Shown piece by piece: positions 12,517-25,100 of a stretch of DNA of 64,000 bases. Location: assembly GCA_964247055.1 (NCBI GenBank), contig OZ176054.1, positions 12,958,001 to 13,022,000 of the forward strand. Direction: 5' to 3'. The position numbers and the translations under genes are program-made. Position 1 is the first letter of the stretch. Each line of letters begins with the position of its first letter. Origin of the DNA: Paragordius varius. Its lineage: Eukaryota; Animalia; Nematomorpha. The notes beneath the pieces were generated by a model. That model was not told the DNA's origin, ran no database searches, and was given only the letters and a program-made list of their open reading frames with translations.

Positions 12517-13499
12517 AAGGATTTATATTTTGATATAATAATGTATCATGATTATGGCGCTTTTAGTTTGGTTACGAGTTATTTAACAGATGATTTTTTC
12601 ATACCCAAAATTAAAAATCGAAAATTTCACACAAATTATGTTATCCACTTATTGGAAAGGAAGAAGGAAAAATTGGAGGTTCTACAAACACAAAAGAGCT
12701 CTGATGGCCTGGTATAAGTTTTGTTGTATAATTAAGTAATTCTTTATATTACTTTGCCGTGAAAATAATTTAGCAATAAATCAGCTTATGAATTTGGAAA
12801 TTAAACTCAGCATATATGGGTAGAATGTGAGGGAACTTTACATCATATATTTTATTTTTCATACACTTTAACATCGCTATTGTATATTCATTTCTATTCT
12901 TTACAAAAATAATAAATAATCCTTTTACAATGTAAGTAAGAAGATAGAAAAAAATACTTGCCTAACATTTTTATTTCGTGCCTCAAAATGCGAAACATGA
13001 AATAAAGTTGTAAAATAGAGGTGTGGTTTCAAAAAAAATTTTTTTTAACCTAATTTGATTACTAATATCAATAGGTGATAAGTAATATAATAAATTTCCG
13101 TATAATTATTTTATCACGTACATTACATAATGGTTAATCACTAGGAGTTGGGAGGAGCCCAGCGCAAACCGTGAAAAATCAAATTAAAATTTGAAAAATA
13201 AAAAGAGTGATATATTTTATATATCCCTGCTTGAGCTAGCCCACATGGAGAAAAAAGGATTAACAATATAAAAGGTGTGGATAAAATAAGTTATTAAATG
13301 AGAAAATTTCATCCAATTTCAAAGGATTCGTACATAATAGTTTTCAATTTATTTGTTCATCGCCCAATTTAATAGGGCTAAATTTTTCCAAGGCAGTCTC
13401 TATCTAAAAGGTCAAACTATTAGAAAATCATCATATTTATAAGCGATCTACATTTACACAACTCTTAATCATAAAACTTAACAAGTCCCATTTAATTTA

Positions 13500-13707
13500 A
13501 ACAATACCACTCAAACCGAGGCCCGTGAGCGGCATTACGACCCTAAAAGTGCTTTTTAATGGCCTCAATTAATTTTATTCCCATCTATAAATGTCTACAA
13601 ATATGTCAAGCAGCTATAAAATTTATCGGTATTAACGTGCAGTAAGCGGCCTTTGAGACAAGATAAATATTTTTTTCGGCCCTCAAAATTATTTGGTGAT
13701 TTCCCTG
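13500..13707. mobile_element. Degenerate hAT/Charlie-like MITE upstream of urocanase (also ~34390-34585 and ~51465-51660)
   Basis: AAACCGAGGCCCGTGAGCGGCATTACGACCC at one end and GCGGCCTTTGAGAC...TTCGGCCCTC...TTTGGTGATTTCCCTG at the other resemble the CGGCCCGCGGGCCGCATGCGGCCC ... CCCCTG termini of hAT MITEs. Ends are approximate. Confidence 0.5.
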
Positions 13708-13974
13708 ATTTAGAAGTTATCCGATGAAATATTGTTTTTGTCTATATTTTACACAAAAAACAAAAATCATCAATCACCATCATATATCCGACTGAATATA
13801 ACAATTATAGTTGGTAAATTATCTAAACAAGGGATTATATTATAATTATTATTATTCATTTTCATAATAAATATGACCTTTAACATATTATCCATATGTT
13901 AAGTTTTTTAAATAAATTAATAGTCTATTTAAATATAATAGTTAAAACTTTTCTTTACAATTTTTAATGTAAAA

Positions 13975-16900
13975 ATGGCTGAATACTTAAAATTTATTAG
14001 TGTCGGGATTCCATTAAATCCTCTTCCCCCTCCATATGATGAACAATCCATATCAGCTGATATTCTTCGAGCCCCTTTTCGAAACAATGGGCTAACAGAA
14101 CGAGAAAAAACGGTTAGAATTTTATTTTGGACTAACTTTTGAAATTTGAAGGATTTGTTTTAAATATTTTTGGAGTTTTTAAAAATTTGTTTGATTATAT
14201 TTTTTAATTCATGTTAATTATTTGATTTAAATAGTGATCTAGTTGAGTGGTTAAGACGAAAAGACTTAACAAAACCAATACAATATAAAAAGCATTTATT
14301 CCAGAATCCAGTTGGCTATTCAAACAAAATAAAAATTTAAAATGTGATTTTTTACAATTTTGTCTAAAAATATTATTTTTCATATAATGGTAAAATATTC
14401 CTCCTATTTTTTGCCTTTAAGATTTTTAGTTTTTATTTTTTTCATTTAAAATATGAAAACAATGTTATATTGCATAAATCGCCGACTAGCATTTTTAATT
14501 CCGATTCCAAAGATTATTTTAATACTAGACAAAATTTAGTGTGTTATCGTATGATTGTGGGTCATTTTACATTTCATTATATTACTAGCGTAAATCTCGT
14601 GCTGCTACGCAGCCCGTGGAAGTCATTCGGACTTCTGGGGGGAATGGCATTTTACGGGGGGAGCGGATAAAAAGTGGGACTAAATTAAAAAAGCGAGACG
14701 ACTATGTTAGGCGCAATCGAAAATAAGTAAACAAAAATCATATTTGAAATTGAATGGTCCAACACGTTCTCCGAAAAATTGACTTAACCCATTTTTCACA
14801 CGGAGTGGGCCCGAACTGGGGACCTAATTCCAAAAAAGGGCGAAGCTATTGTCGGGACATTTATTAATGATTATATTTTTTCGATATTTGGATTTGATTG
14901 GGTCTACTGGTTTTCCTGTACCAGATCACAAAGCCAGCATTTTCCATTTTTATAAATATATAGATTACAATGAATCAAAACCATATTCGGTCATAATGAA
15001 TATTGATTGTAATTGATAGTATGCAAACATATACATTGCTAATCTGGAGATATAATTTGTGCTATTATTTTTTTTAATTTAGCAGCTTTTTGCTGGTCCG
15101 CATTACAACAAACACTCAAAAGTTTTAAATTTATTATTTTTTTAAAACTTGTTGTTGATAAATATTGTGGCCCCATAAAAGTTTGGTTTTTTTTGCTAAC
15201 CTTTGATTCGGTTAGTGTGACTTATTTACTACCCCTTAAATAATAATAAAGCATTTATATTCACAAAATATCGGATATACCCGATTCAAGATTAAAATAA
15301 AATAATATGCTCCAACTATCCTAAAGAGCTATGTGAACATATTTTGTGATGGACAAATTTAAGAAGAGGTTTTATGATTTATAAAATCAATTCGGCCTTG
15401 AATATAGCCCGCCAAAGGAATTTTTTTTCCCCTAACCATATATTTTTCCAAACTGTTAATATAATTGTATTTTTACATATAGTTGGCAGTTAAAAATGTT
15501 CTACGATATTTTCCCGTTTCTTTCCATGAGACGCTTGCCCCTGAATTTATGGAGGAACTTGAAAACAGAGGCCATATATACGCTTATCGATTTAAACCCC
15601 AGATTAGAATGAAGTTTCTTATACATTCCTATCCTTTAAACAATTTTATATTATATTTTCTAATAATTCAATTTTCTTAATATCGCTTAGTAAAAATTAA
15701 AAAATTACAGTAAAAATTGAAATTATACGGACAAAACGTAAAAATATAAAGACAAATTTTTTTCTTAAAGACAACCATACTTTTTAAAAACTTAATGTTT
15801 CCTATATAAGCTACATAGTTACAATTTTAAAATATAGAATTGATTGCGTTATTAAAATTATGAGATATGAAATAAATCAAGATTAAAAAGTATGGTTGTC
15901 TTTTGTGAAAAAAATATTTGTCTTATATTTTTACGTTTCGTCCGTATAACTGTATTTGTCTTTAATATATATATGATAGAGCTTATCCTATTCAAGAATA
16001 CCCAGGAAAATTGTTGGAATGCAAAGCTATAATGGCAATGATAATGAACAATTTGGATCCTGATGTAGCTCAGTTCCCCGAAGAGTTGGTAACCTATGGG
16101 TCTAACGGTCAAGTTTTCAGTAATTGGATTCAAGTATTTGAACAGTTTCTGAACATATTTTCCAACTATTTTCTAATTTCCTACCGTATGCAATTTTAAG
16201 CATCAAATACACTGTATTCTACTAATTATGAATAAAAAAAGCAATTTTTTGTTGGTTACAATGTAGGCATCCAGGATAGGATAACAATAAATGGAGAAAT
16301 TTTCGTTTTTTCCAATTATTAAACCATAATTTATATGATAAAAAAGGATGAATGTTTCTTCAACTAATTAAATCAATCAATAAATTTTTCGATTATCCAT
16401 ACACTATGAAAAAATCCGTAAATAATATAGGATGATAATCGGACAAAATGTAAAAGTATAAAGACAAATTTTTTTCAAAAGATAACCTTTTTTAAATCCT
16501 AATTTAACCTATAAAAAACATTTAATTACAATCGTAAAATACATGATTGATTATGTTACTAATTGACATATCTATATTATACTTTGTAGAACAATGAGTT
16601 ATTTTTAAAAGATTAGAAAAGTATAGTTGTCTTTTTGAAAAAATATTTTATTTTCAAGTTTTATCCATAGTTTAAATTCCATTTTTATTGTTTACATAAT
16701 ATCCTAAATTTTATTTTTTGCACAGTTTTTATTAACCATGAAATATTTGTGTGAAATGGAGAATTATCAAACCTTAGTGTTATGTTCAGGACATCCGCAC
16801 GGTATATTCCCAAACATTTGGAATTATGGCACATGTGAAAAAACCGGGAAAATAGGTAATAAACTCTTTTATAAAATTGACAAAAAATTTATTTTTTTGA

Positions 16901-19900
16901 TCATTTGAGAATTGCATACGTACTATTTTTTATTAAAGAAATACCGCCAAGTTATCCGCGTTTAATTATTACAAATGGCCTGGTGCTACCAACATGTCAG
17001 GAACCAGAAAAGCAGATTGATAGAGCCTACGTGTCAGATTACGAGCGATTATTTGGTTTGAATGTTAGCCAATATGGACAAATGACAGCAGGGAGTTTTT
17101 GTTACATTGGACCTCAGGGGATAGTCCATGGTACAACATTAACTTTGCTTAATATAGCTCGAGCAAATTTTAGCGTTGAACATGTGACTGACATGGTGGG
17201 TAAGGTAACACATAATATTACAATATGGATACCTTTAAATATGTTTTAAGTGTGGATTGGAGCCGAAATTATTTTGGGTTTAAGTGAACTTTACAAGCGG
17301 TCATAAAAGAAAAAGTTTTTTCGTATTTTTTACATTAGATTTTTAAACTTACAATTAATATTCTTTTACTTTATTCAAAAAGCAATAGTATATTGTTGTA
17401 GATATTATAGAGAAGCAAATATTTTGGCTTAAATTATACAGTAAAAACTGGAATTATAAGGATAAAATGTAAATATATAAAGATAAATATTTTTGTCTAA
17501 AAGAAACTATACCTTTTTACTCCATTTTTAATATTATAACTTATTGTTTTAAATTACAATTCATAAAATTAATATGTAATTGGTGACACAATCAATTCCA
17601 TATATATAACAATTGTAATTAAATAGTTAATATGAGAAAAATTAAGGTTTGAAAATAATGGTTGTCTTTTAGAAAAAAATATTTGTCGCTATATTTTTAC
17701 GTTTTGTCCTATAATTTGAGATTTTAGTGTATTTTTGCGGCTATTTAGTCAGAATCCTATCAAAAAAGTTGAGACATTGGCGGTTTACCATAATTTTGAA
17801 AATCAAAACCATTTATAACCATGGCAAAAATATGTTTAGCTGAAGATATAAAAAATCTATCTAATTAAAACTAAGGCAAAAAACATTCAAATCCTTATAT
17901 ATTTTTTAATTTGTATTAAAAATATGAAAAAATCTTTAGGTATTTGTATCAAGTGGATTGGGAGGAATGAGTGGTGCACAAGCTAAGGCTTGTAAAATCT
18001 TGTCATGTTTTGGGCTAATTGCTGAAGTAAATTTTATTCCCCCTTATAAATATGTTTAAGTATCATGATAAGTTAACTCACCAAAATTTTAGTCATTTAG
18101 TAGATGTTGTATGACTCTTGAGGTAAAGTTTATTTTATTAACAATGTTCATTTAGATAAATAGTGTGACAGCGCAAAAAAGATTGAATCAAGGATGGTTG
18201 GATGAAGTGAGCGATGACTTGGATTACTGTATTAACCAAATACGCCAGTATAAACGGGATCTTATTAGCAAATCTATAGCATACTGTGGAAACATTGTGG
18301 ATCTCTGGTATAACTTAATTTTTTTACCCATATGTAGGCTTTGGTGGTGAGATTGGTATTTATAAATCATTAACGACGATGACAGGAATCGCTTATAAAA
18401 TTAAACTGAGAGCTCTTAAACGTCTCTTCGTTCATACCTGATTAAAATATATTATTAAATTTATTGTTACATTTTCTAAAACTAGTAATTGTTACTATAT
18501 AAGAATATTTTAAATGGATACATTATATTTTTGGTTAGATTCCCACATCTATTATACGTTTGTGGTGAAGACTGCTTATAACTATAAATGAGTGCATTCA
18601 TAAGCGGTCAGAAAGGGTATTCACTAAATATATACATTTACTTGCTTTTTCTAAAAAAATAATGTTTAGGGGAAAATTGGCAGAAATATATGAGGAAACC
18701 GGTGAGAAATTAGTCGATTTTGGTTCTGACCAAACCTCTCTTCATAATCCCTACAATGGTGGATACTATCCGGTCGGTTATAGCTGGGATAATGCAAATC
18801 GATTATTGGCAACAAATCCTGAACGGTTTCAGAGGGAAGTTTGTCAAAGTTTGATACAGCAAGTCACGCATATTAATAGGTTTTTTCCTTATCATTATCT
18901 AATTTGAAAATTTTATCAAACCAAGTTTATTTCTCCTATTAGATTGACAGAAATGACTGGGTTAGTATTTTTTGATTATGGCAATGCTTTTTTGCTTGAA
19001 GCTGCAAAAGCTGGAGCACCAATTTACAAAAATAGCGATATAGCATTCAATAATTTTGGAGATACAAATCAAATTGGCGATTCAGTTGAACGGATATATA
19101 GATACCCATCGTACGTGGAAAATGTAATGGGTGAAATTTTTGCATTTGGGTTTGGGCCTTTTCGTTGGGTATGTATGAGTCAAGATGCGAAAGATCTTGC
19201 TTATACCGATAACCTTGCGCTTTCCATCCTTAGGGAGATTGCGACGGAACTAGATTCTAAAATACTTCAGTGCCAACAAGAGCAGAGTCGCAGCAAAGTT
19301 GAACTTTATACCCGAATAAAATCTTACTATGTCGATAATTCCTTTTGGATGGAACACATCATTTCTCAACCTGGTGTGGGATACCTCACTGTAGGATCTC
19401 TGGCCCGGATCCTTTATTCAGACGTTCAAGGGCGAATACGACTGGCTTGTGCCTTTAATAAGGCCATCGCAGATGGACACATAACGCAACCGATTGTGTG
19501 TAGTCGAGACCATCATGATGTTTCAGGGGCTGATAGCCCTTGGCGAGAAACAGCTAACGTTCGAGACGGTTCCAACATGTGCATAGACATGTCCATTCAA
19601 AATGTCTTGGGAAACGCGGCCAGAGGAGCAACTTGGGTAGCCCTTCACAATGGCGGAGGGGTTGGTTGGAACCGAGCAAGCAACAATGGATTAGGTCTTG
19701 TGCTAGATGGACAACCGGAGACCGAACAACGCATAAAGAATGTTATGATGTGGGATGTCTTGAATGGTATGGTACGGAGATGTTGGTCTAATGCTTATAA
19801 CTATAGCAACAATGAAATTGATTCTCTTTCCTAAAAACGTGGGAAATCATTCCCCGTATATAAGAAAACGACGTATTACAATGATCTTATAAAGAGTTAT

Positions 19901-19960
19901 TTGCAAGAACTTCAAACGGATAACAAAGGCTTAAAAGTAACTTTACCCTTTGGTGAATAA
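13975..19960 (+). pseudogene. UROC1: Urocanate hydratase copy B, full length (exons 13975-14112, 15483-15613, 15980-16133, 16726-16855, 16939-17204, 17940-18026, 18156-18307, 18670-18879, 18943-19960); single premature TAA at 19832-19834
   Basis: Exon 1 MAEYLKFISVGIPLNPLPPPY...RAPFRNNGLTEREKT joins LAVKNVLRYF, matching the eukaryotic urocanase N-terminal extension. All splice phases are consistent. GAA>TAA removes the last 42 codons, which stay in frame up to the original stop at 19958-19960. Confidence 0.88.
14585..14940 (-). mobile_element. Putative non-autonomous Helitron-like insertion in urocanase B intron 1
   Basis: GC-richer block absent from units D and E. The minus strand ends GGGCTGCGTAGCAGCACG-AGATTTACG-CTAG|T, a GCTGC/GCAGC hairpin ~10 nt before CTAG. 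The 5' end is approximate. Confidence 0.5.
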
Positions 19961-20135
19961 ATTAGATGAAACTTAATTCAAAAAGATATATGTCGATTCA
20001 TTTATTTATTACAATATATATTATATATGATAATAATTAATTGCCATATTATTATAAATACTTTGATGTCATCTATGTATGTTTAAATAATTGACTATAG
20101 TTTTTATACTTTTTGCCAAAACAATCACAGTAAGA

Positions 20136-20275
20136 TTATGTTTTATTGTCGAAATGACATTGTCATATTTGGAATTTTGGCGTGCGACATATTTTTCGAA
20201 TTGGAGTTTCCAATCAACGATATATTTTGTTTTCCAGTCATTGAAGTGTGCTTTCCATTGGATTTCTGGATCACT
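20136..20275 (-). pseudogene. ACHE: Relic of the AChE T/WAT exon in unit B (acceptor deleted, upstream exons removed)
   Basis: Collinear with 4844-4992 up to GATCACT, followed by a small deletion and then unrelated sequence from 20281. Confidence 0.8.
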
Positions 20276-20280
20276 ATTGG

Positions 20281-21723
20281 TGAAAGCTAAATGCTTCCCT
20301 TTAAAAATATCATTATATTATGACATGCAAACCAAAATGAAATTTACAATTTAAGCATAGGCTTTAAAAGTCGAAACTTTTTGGACTTCTCTAAAATGGG
20401 CCAGTTTTTTTAAAAAAGCCGATGAGCGTACATTTTTTTATATAAACTAGAATCTGATAATATAATGGATTTTTTTAATTTTGGCAATCGTATTTTATGA
20501 TGCTTTAAGATATCACAAACACAGTTTTTATATATAATTTGATGATGCCTTTCTATCACTTCAAAATTTTGATTAGCTTTTGCTTTAAATTTGGAGAAAT
20601 ATTTAAGGGTCTAAAATTTTGGTGAAAGTTTAATGATTTTAAAAATATATTAAATTATGAGCTATATTTGAAAACCAAAATAAAGTTTACAATTTTAAGC
20701 GTAGAGTCCAAATAAGTTTGCCTAATTTACAACCTTTCGATAAGGAACAATTACCACGAAATTGGATATAACTCTAAATTATTTGTTAGACCTAAAACCA
20801 AAAGCACCATGATAATATGCAATATATTTGATTCATCAGGATATTTTTTTATAGCCTCCAATTTTGTGCACTGTGGATTGAAATGATTTTTAGACGCTTG
20901 CAACGTGAAAAGATATAGGAATATCATATATTTATTGTCAATAAATATAAATATACATTTTTAAATATTTAATATAAAAATTTAATGAAAATCCAATAAA
21001 ATGGGTAGATTCTTCAATGCTTCATCCTCAAAATGTAAATAGTGCGTAGATAATCGCCATGACATCAAAATCTAAAAAATAAAGTTAAATCAATTTCATA
21101 CATTCTAAAAAAATTTGGATTTTTAATGTGTAATATATTTTTCAAAGAAGCTTAGTTCACTAAGATGTTTATGAGATTATTCCAATTTATAAAACCTAAA
21201 AATAATTTGTATATACATCATTTTCTATCCTCCAATTTAAAGAATTTAAAAACTGGGTAGATTTTCTCATTTCACAATATATGCAAATATTTCGATTTAC
21301 TCAAATAAATCTAAAAAATATAGTTTGATAAAATGTGTTCATATTTCTTCTAGAAAACTTTCGATTTTGCATGCATGTTTTAAGATTTATCCATTTTTAA
21401 CAGGGGTTATGTAAACTCCTTTTAGTGTCGTAAGATTGAAGCAACATTACTCAAGCCTATAAATTCATTTGTTTATACTATAGTTTATATCCTCCAATTT
21501 ACAAAATTTGAAATTCGCAATATATTTAAAGTTTTGCCACTTTGAAATTTTAATAAGTCTACTAGGAGCAGACTTATGATGAATGTATGATATTCAAAAA
21601 TGTAAGCATAAGGACGTAAGCATAAGGATTTAAGCATAAGGATGTAAGAATAAGGACGTAAGCATAAGGATGTAAGCATAAGTAAGCATAAGGATGTAAG
21701 TAATACTTACCCGAACATGGGTC
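20281..21723. mobile_element. One-ended relative of the foldback-like element at 53202-54888
   Basis: 21378-21600 aligns by eye with 54532-54760. It has the same ATAAGTCT-N9-AGACTTAT hairpin and a 14-bp GTAAGCATAAGGAY array (21602-21700). Its terminus ACTTACCCGAACATGGGTC matches ACTTAAATTCACATCAGTC. No left terminus was seen. Confidence 0.6.
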
Positions 21724-21989
21724 AATGTTTTGAACAGAGAGATAAGTTAAAATAATTTAATTAAAAGCAATAAAAGAATTATCAATATATGCGTGAGAGA
21801 GAAACGTTTTTTAAGCGAAAAAATAATTTTGCACTTTTTGAAGGGAATACCTACCTCATAATGTTTTATCTTGATCTCATTTATATAATTTTTATATTCT
21901 TTTAGGGATTAGTGCGTAAATTGCTGAATAATCTTACTTGACGCTTGTTATTATTTTTTCATAATTTAAATTTAATTTTCAAAAAATCA

Positions 21990-22077
21990 TATAGGCGCCC
22001 CTAAATAACGGCGCCCGGGGCATGATGCACCCCCTTGCCCCCCCCCCCCCCCCCCCCCCCCCATCGGTACGCCACTG
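21990..22077. mobile_element. Right end of a CAGTGGCGTAC-type DNA transposon with a C25 tract
   Basis: GGCGCCCCTAAATAACGGCGCCCGGGGC...C25-ATCGGTACGCCACTG ends exactly where urocanase intron-3 homology resumes (TAACAAACAGCCA). No matching left TIR is present in the window. Confidence 0.6.
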
Positions 22078-22193
22078 TAACAAACAGCCAATTTTTTGGC
22101 CTAACCTATTTTTTATAAATTTACTAATAAATTATATATTAATGATTTGAATACCATGTGTCATAAACATTGTGTTATATTTCATTTCCACAG

Positions 22194-25100
22194 TTCTTAT
22201 TAACCATGAAATATTTGTGTGAAATGGAGAATTATCAAACTTTAGTGCTATGTTCAGGACATCCGCACGGTTTATTCCCAAACATTTGGAATTATGGAAC
22301 ATGTGAAAAAACGGGAAAATTAGGTAATAAATTCTTTTATAAAATTGACAAAAAATTTATTTTTTTGATCATTTGAGAATTGCATACGTATACTATTTTT
22401 AAAACTCATGCTAACATAAAGAAATACAGCCAAGTTATCCGCGTTTGATTATTACAAATGGCCTGGTGCTACCAACATGTCAGGAATCAGAAAAGCAGCT
22501 TGATAGAGTCTACGTTTCAGATTACGAGCGATTATTTGGTTTGAATGTTAGTCAATATGGACAAATGACAGCTGGGAGTTTTTGTTACATTGGACCTCAG
22601 GGGATAGTCCATGGTACAACACTAACTTTGCTTAATATTGCTCGAGCAAATTTTGGCGTCCAGAATGTGACTGATATGGTGGGTAAGGTAACACATAATA
22701 CTACAATATGGATAATTTTGATAAATATGTTTTAAGTGGGGATTGGAGCCGGAATTATTTTGGGGTTAAAAAGAGAAATATTTTACAAACAAATAAAAAG
22801 TTTTTCTGAATTTTTATCATTAAATTTTTTAAACTTACAATTAATATTCTTTTTATCTCATTTAAATACCAATAGTATATTGATGTAGATATTATAGAGA
22901 AGCAAATATTTTGGCTTAAAATACACTAGTCGACAAATTTGGACATTTTTAAGCACGACCACTCAAACTTTTTAAATTATGACTAATTTCAGTGTTTTAA
23001 AACCGAATTTAAAAAAAATTTTGATCCCGCCAATCAGAATTTTGAAATTTTATAGGTTTTTCAATTTCAAAAACAAGTGAAAATCGAGAGAAAATTAAAT
23101 ATAACTTTATAATAAAATGTTATTATATTATCTTAATATCATTTAATAAAGCGTTTTAAACTCTATCTTTTGAATATAAATATGTCATTTAAATATCAGA
23201 GAGAAAAAAATAGTACGGACTTAAACGTCAAAATTTTGTCTTTTTTTTCAAGTGAATTTTTAACACATATAAAATTTTTTTAAAAAAATACTAAAAAAGG
23301 CATTCTATGGTTTAAACCTTCGGCTTTCAGATAGGCTATATTATTTTTGTTAGATTTCGTTCTTTCGAGTACTTATTAGACTTTTCTCTTGAGTTGGTTC
23401 TTATAAAAAATTCTTTATTTATACCTAGTGGATATACCTTATTTTTTTAAAATTATTGGTTGTTTTGTATTTTGAATTTCAGATGGATGTTGTGTAGCCA
23501 CTTTTAGTAGAATTTACTGTTATGAGGTTGGACCATTTGTATTTACCTAATTTATATTCAATTTAATTGTATTTATCTAACTTTATTCTGTAAATTGGTT
23601 AATTTGACATGTCAATTTACCTGGATTTTGCTTGCAAGTCTCTCTTATCTGACTTTTGGTTTACTTATTGTTATCTTTGCCACATCTGGCATAATTATAG
23701 GATCGCTTGGGGGATATGCAGAGCTTGTGCAGCCGCCCGGATCTATCACACTATACTAAGCCCTTTTAGATTTTTAATACTTTGGCTCTTAGCTTGTTTA
23801 GTATCTTATTTAATGCCTAGAATTTGTAATTTATGCATGAAAAGACTTGCTTGTTTGAATATTTAAACATATGTACACGAGAAATGATTGTTATTTTTGA
23901 ATTAAATACAAATTTAAAAATTAAATTTTGGAAAAATCCTATTGGTGGCCTCAATCTTTTTTGTTTTGGCTTTTCCATGCCCTTAGGTATCAGAAAATGC
24001 AAAAATTAAGGGGTGGTGCAAAACCTTGTTGAGCAGTGTTATACAGCAAAAATTGGAACTATACGGATAAAATGTAAAAATATAAAGATAAATATTTTTT
24101 TCTAAAAGAAACTATACCTTTTTAAACTCCATTTTTTTAAATATAACTCATTGTTTCAAATTACAATTCATTATAATATGTAATTGGTGACACAATCAAT
24201 TCTATATATAACAATCGTAATTAAATAGCTTATATGAGAAAAATTAAGGTTGAAAAAGTATGCTTGTCTTTTAGGAAAAAATATTTGTCGTTATATTTTT
24301 ACTTTTTGTCCTATAATTTTAGTTTTTACTCTATTTTTGCAGCTATTATTCAGATATCTATTAAAAAGTTGTCGAAAAACAGAAACGGTTTAAATATAAT
24401 TTTAAAAATCGAAACCATTTATAACCATGGCCAAAATATACTTACCCTAAGGGACAAATCTAATTAAAACTAGCGCAAAAAACAGTCAAATCCTTATATA
24501 TTTTTTAATTTGTAATAAAAATATGAAAAAATCTTTAGGTATTTGTGTCAAGCGGATTGGGAGGAATGAGTGGAGCTCAAGCTAAGGCTTCAAAATCTTG
24601 TTATGTTTTGGGTTAATTGCTGAAGTAAATTTTATGCCCCCTTAAAAATATATATATTTATATATCATGATAAGTTAACTTACCAAAATTTTAGTCATTT
24701 AGTAGATGTTGTATGACTCTTGAGATAAATTTATTTTATTAACAATATTCATTTAGATAAATAGTGTGACAGCGCAAAAAAGATTGAATCAAGGATGGTT
24801 GGATGAAGTTAGTGATGACTTGGATTACTGCATTAACCAAATACGACAATATAAACGGGATCTTATTAGCAAATCTATAGCATACTGTGGAATTGTGGAT
24901 CTCTGGTAAAACCTAATTTTTTTTACAATACTTACATGCTTACTTACTCTTTTGTTTGGCTTAAAAAAAATAATTTTTAGGGCGAAATTGGCAGAAATAT
25001 ATGAGGAAACCGGTGAGAAATTAGTCGATTTTGGTTCTGACCAAACCTCACTTCATAATCCATACAATGGTGGATACTATCCGGTCGGTTATAGCTGGAA

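Larger units (their letters stand above)
11954..13974. promoter_or_regulatory. Divergent CK1-gamma / urocanase intergenic region (repeated at 32812-34846 and 49879-51936)
   Basis: The head-to-head ATGs are 2022, 2036 and 2059 bp apart in the three units, and the sequence is collinear. Promoter function is inferred from position only. Confidence 0.55.

Noticed and set aside
12000-15480. Missing AChE 5' exons hidden in the promoter region or urocanase intron 1
   Set aside because: No FGESAG, GGGF or SEDCLYLN-like motifs were seen on the minus strand by eye; a tBLASTn would make this definitive.
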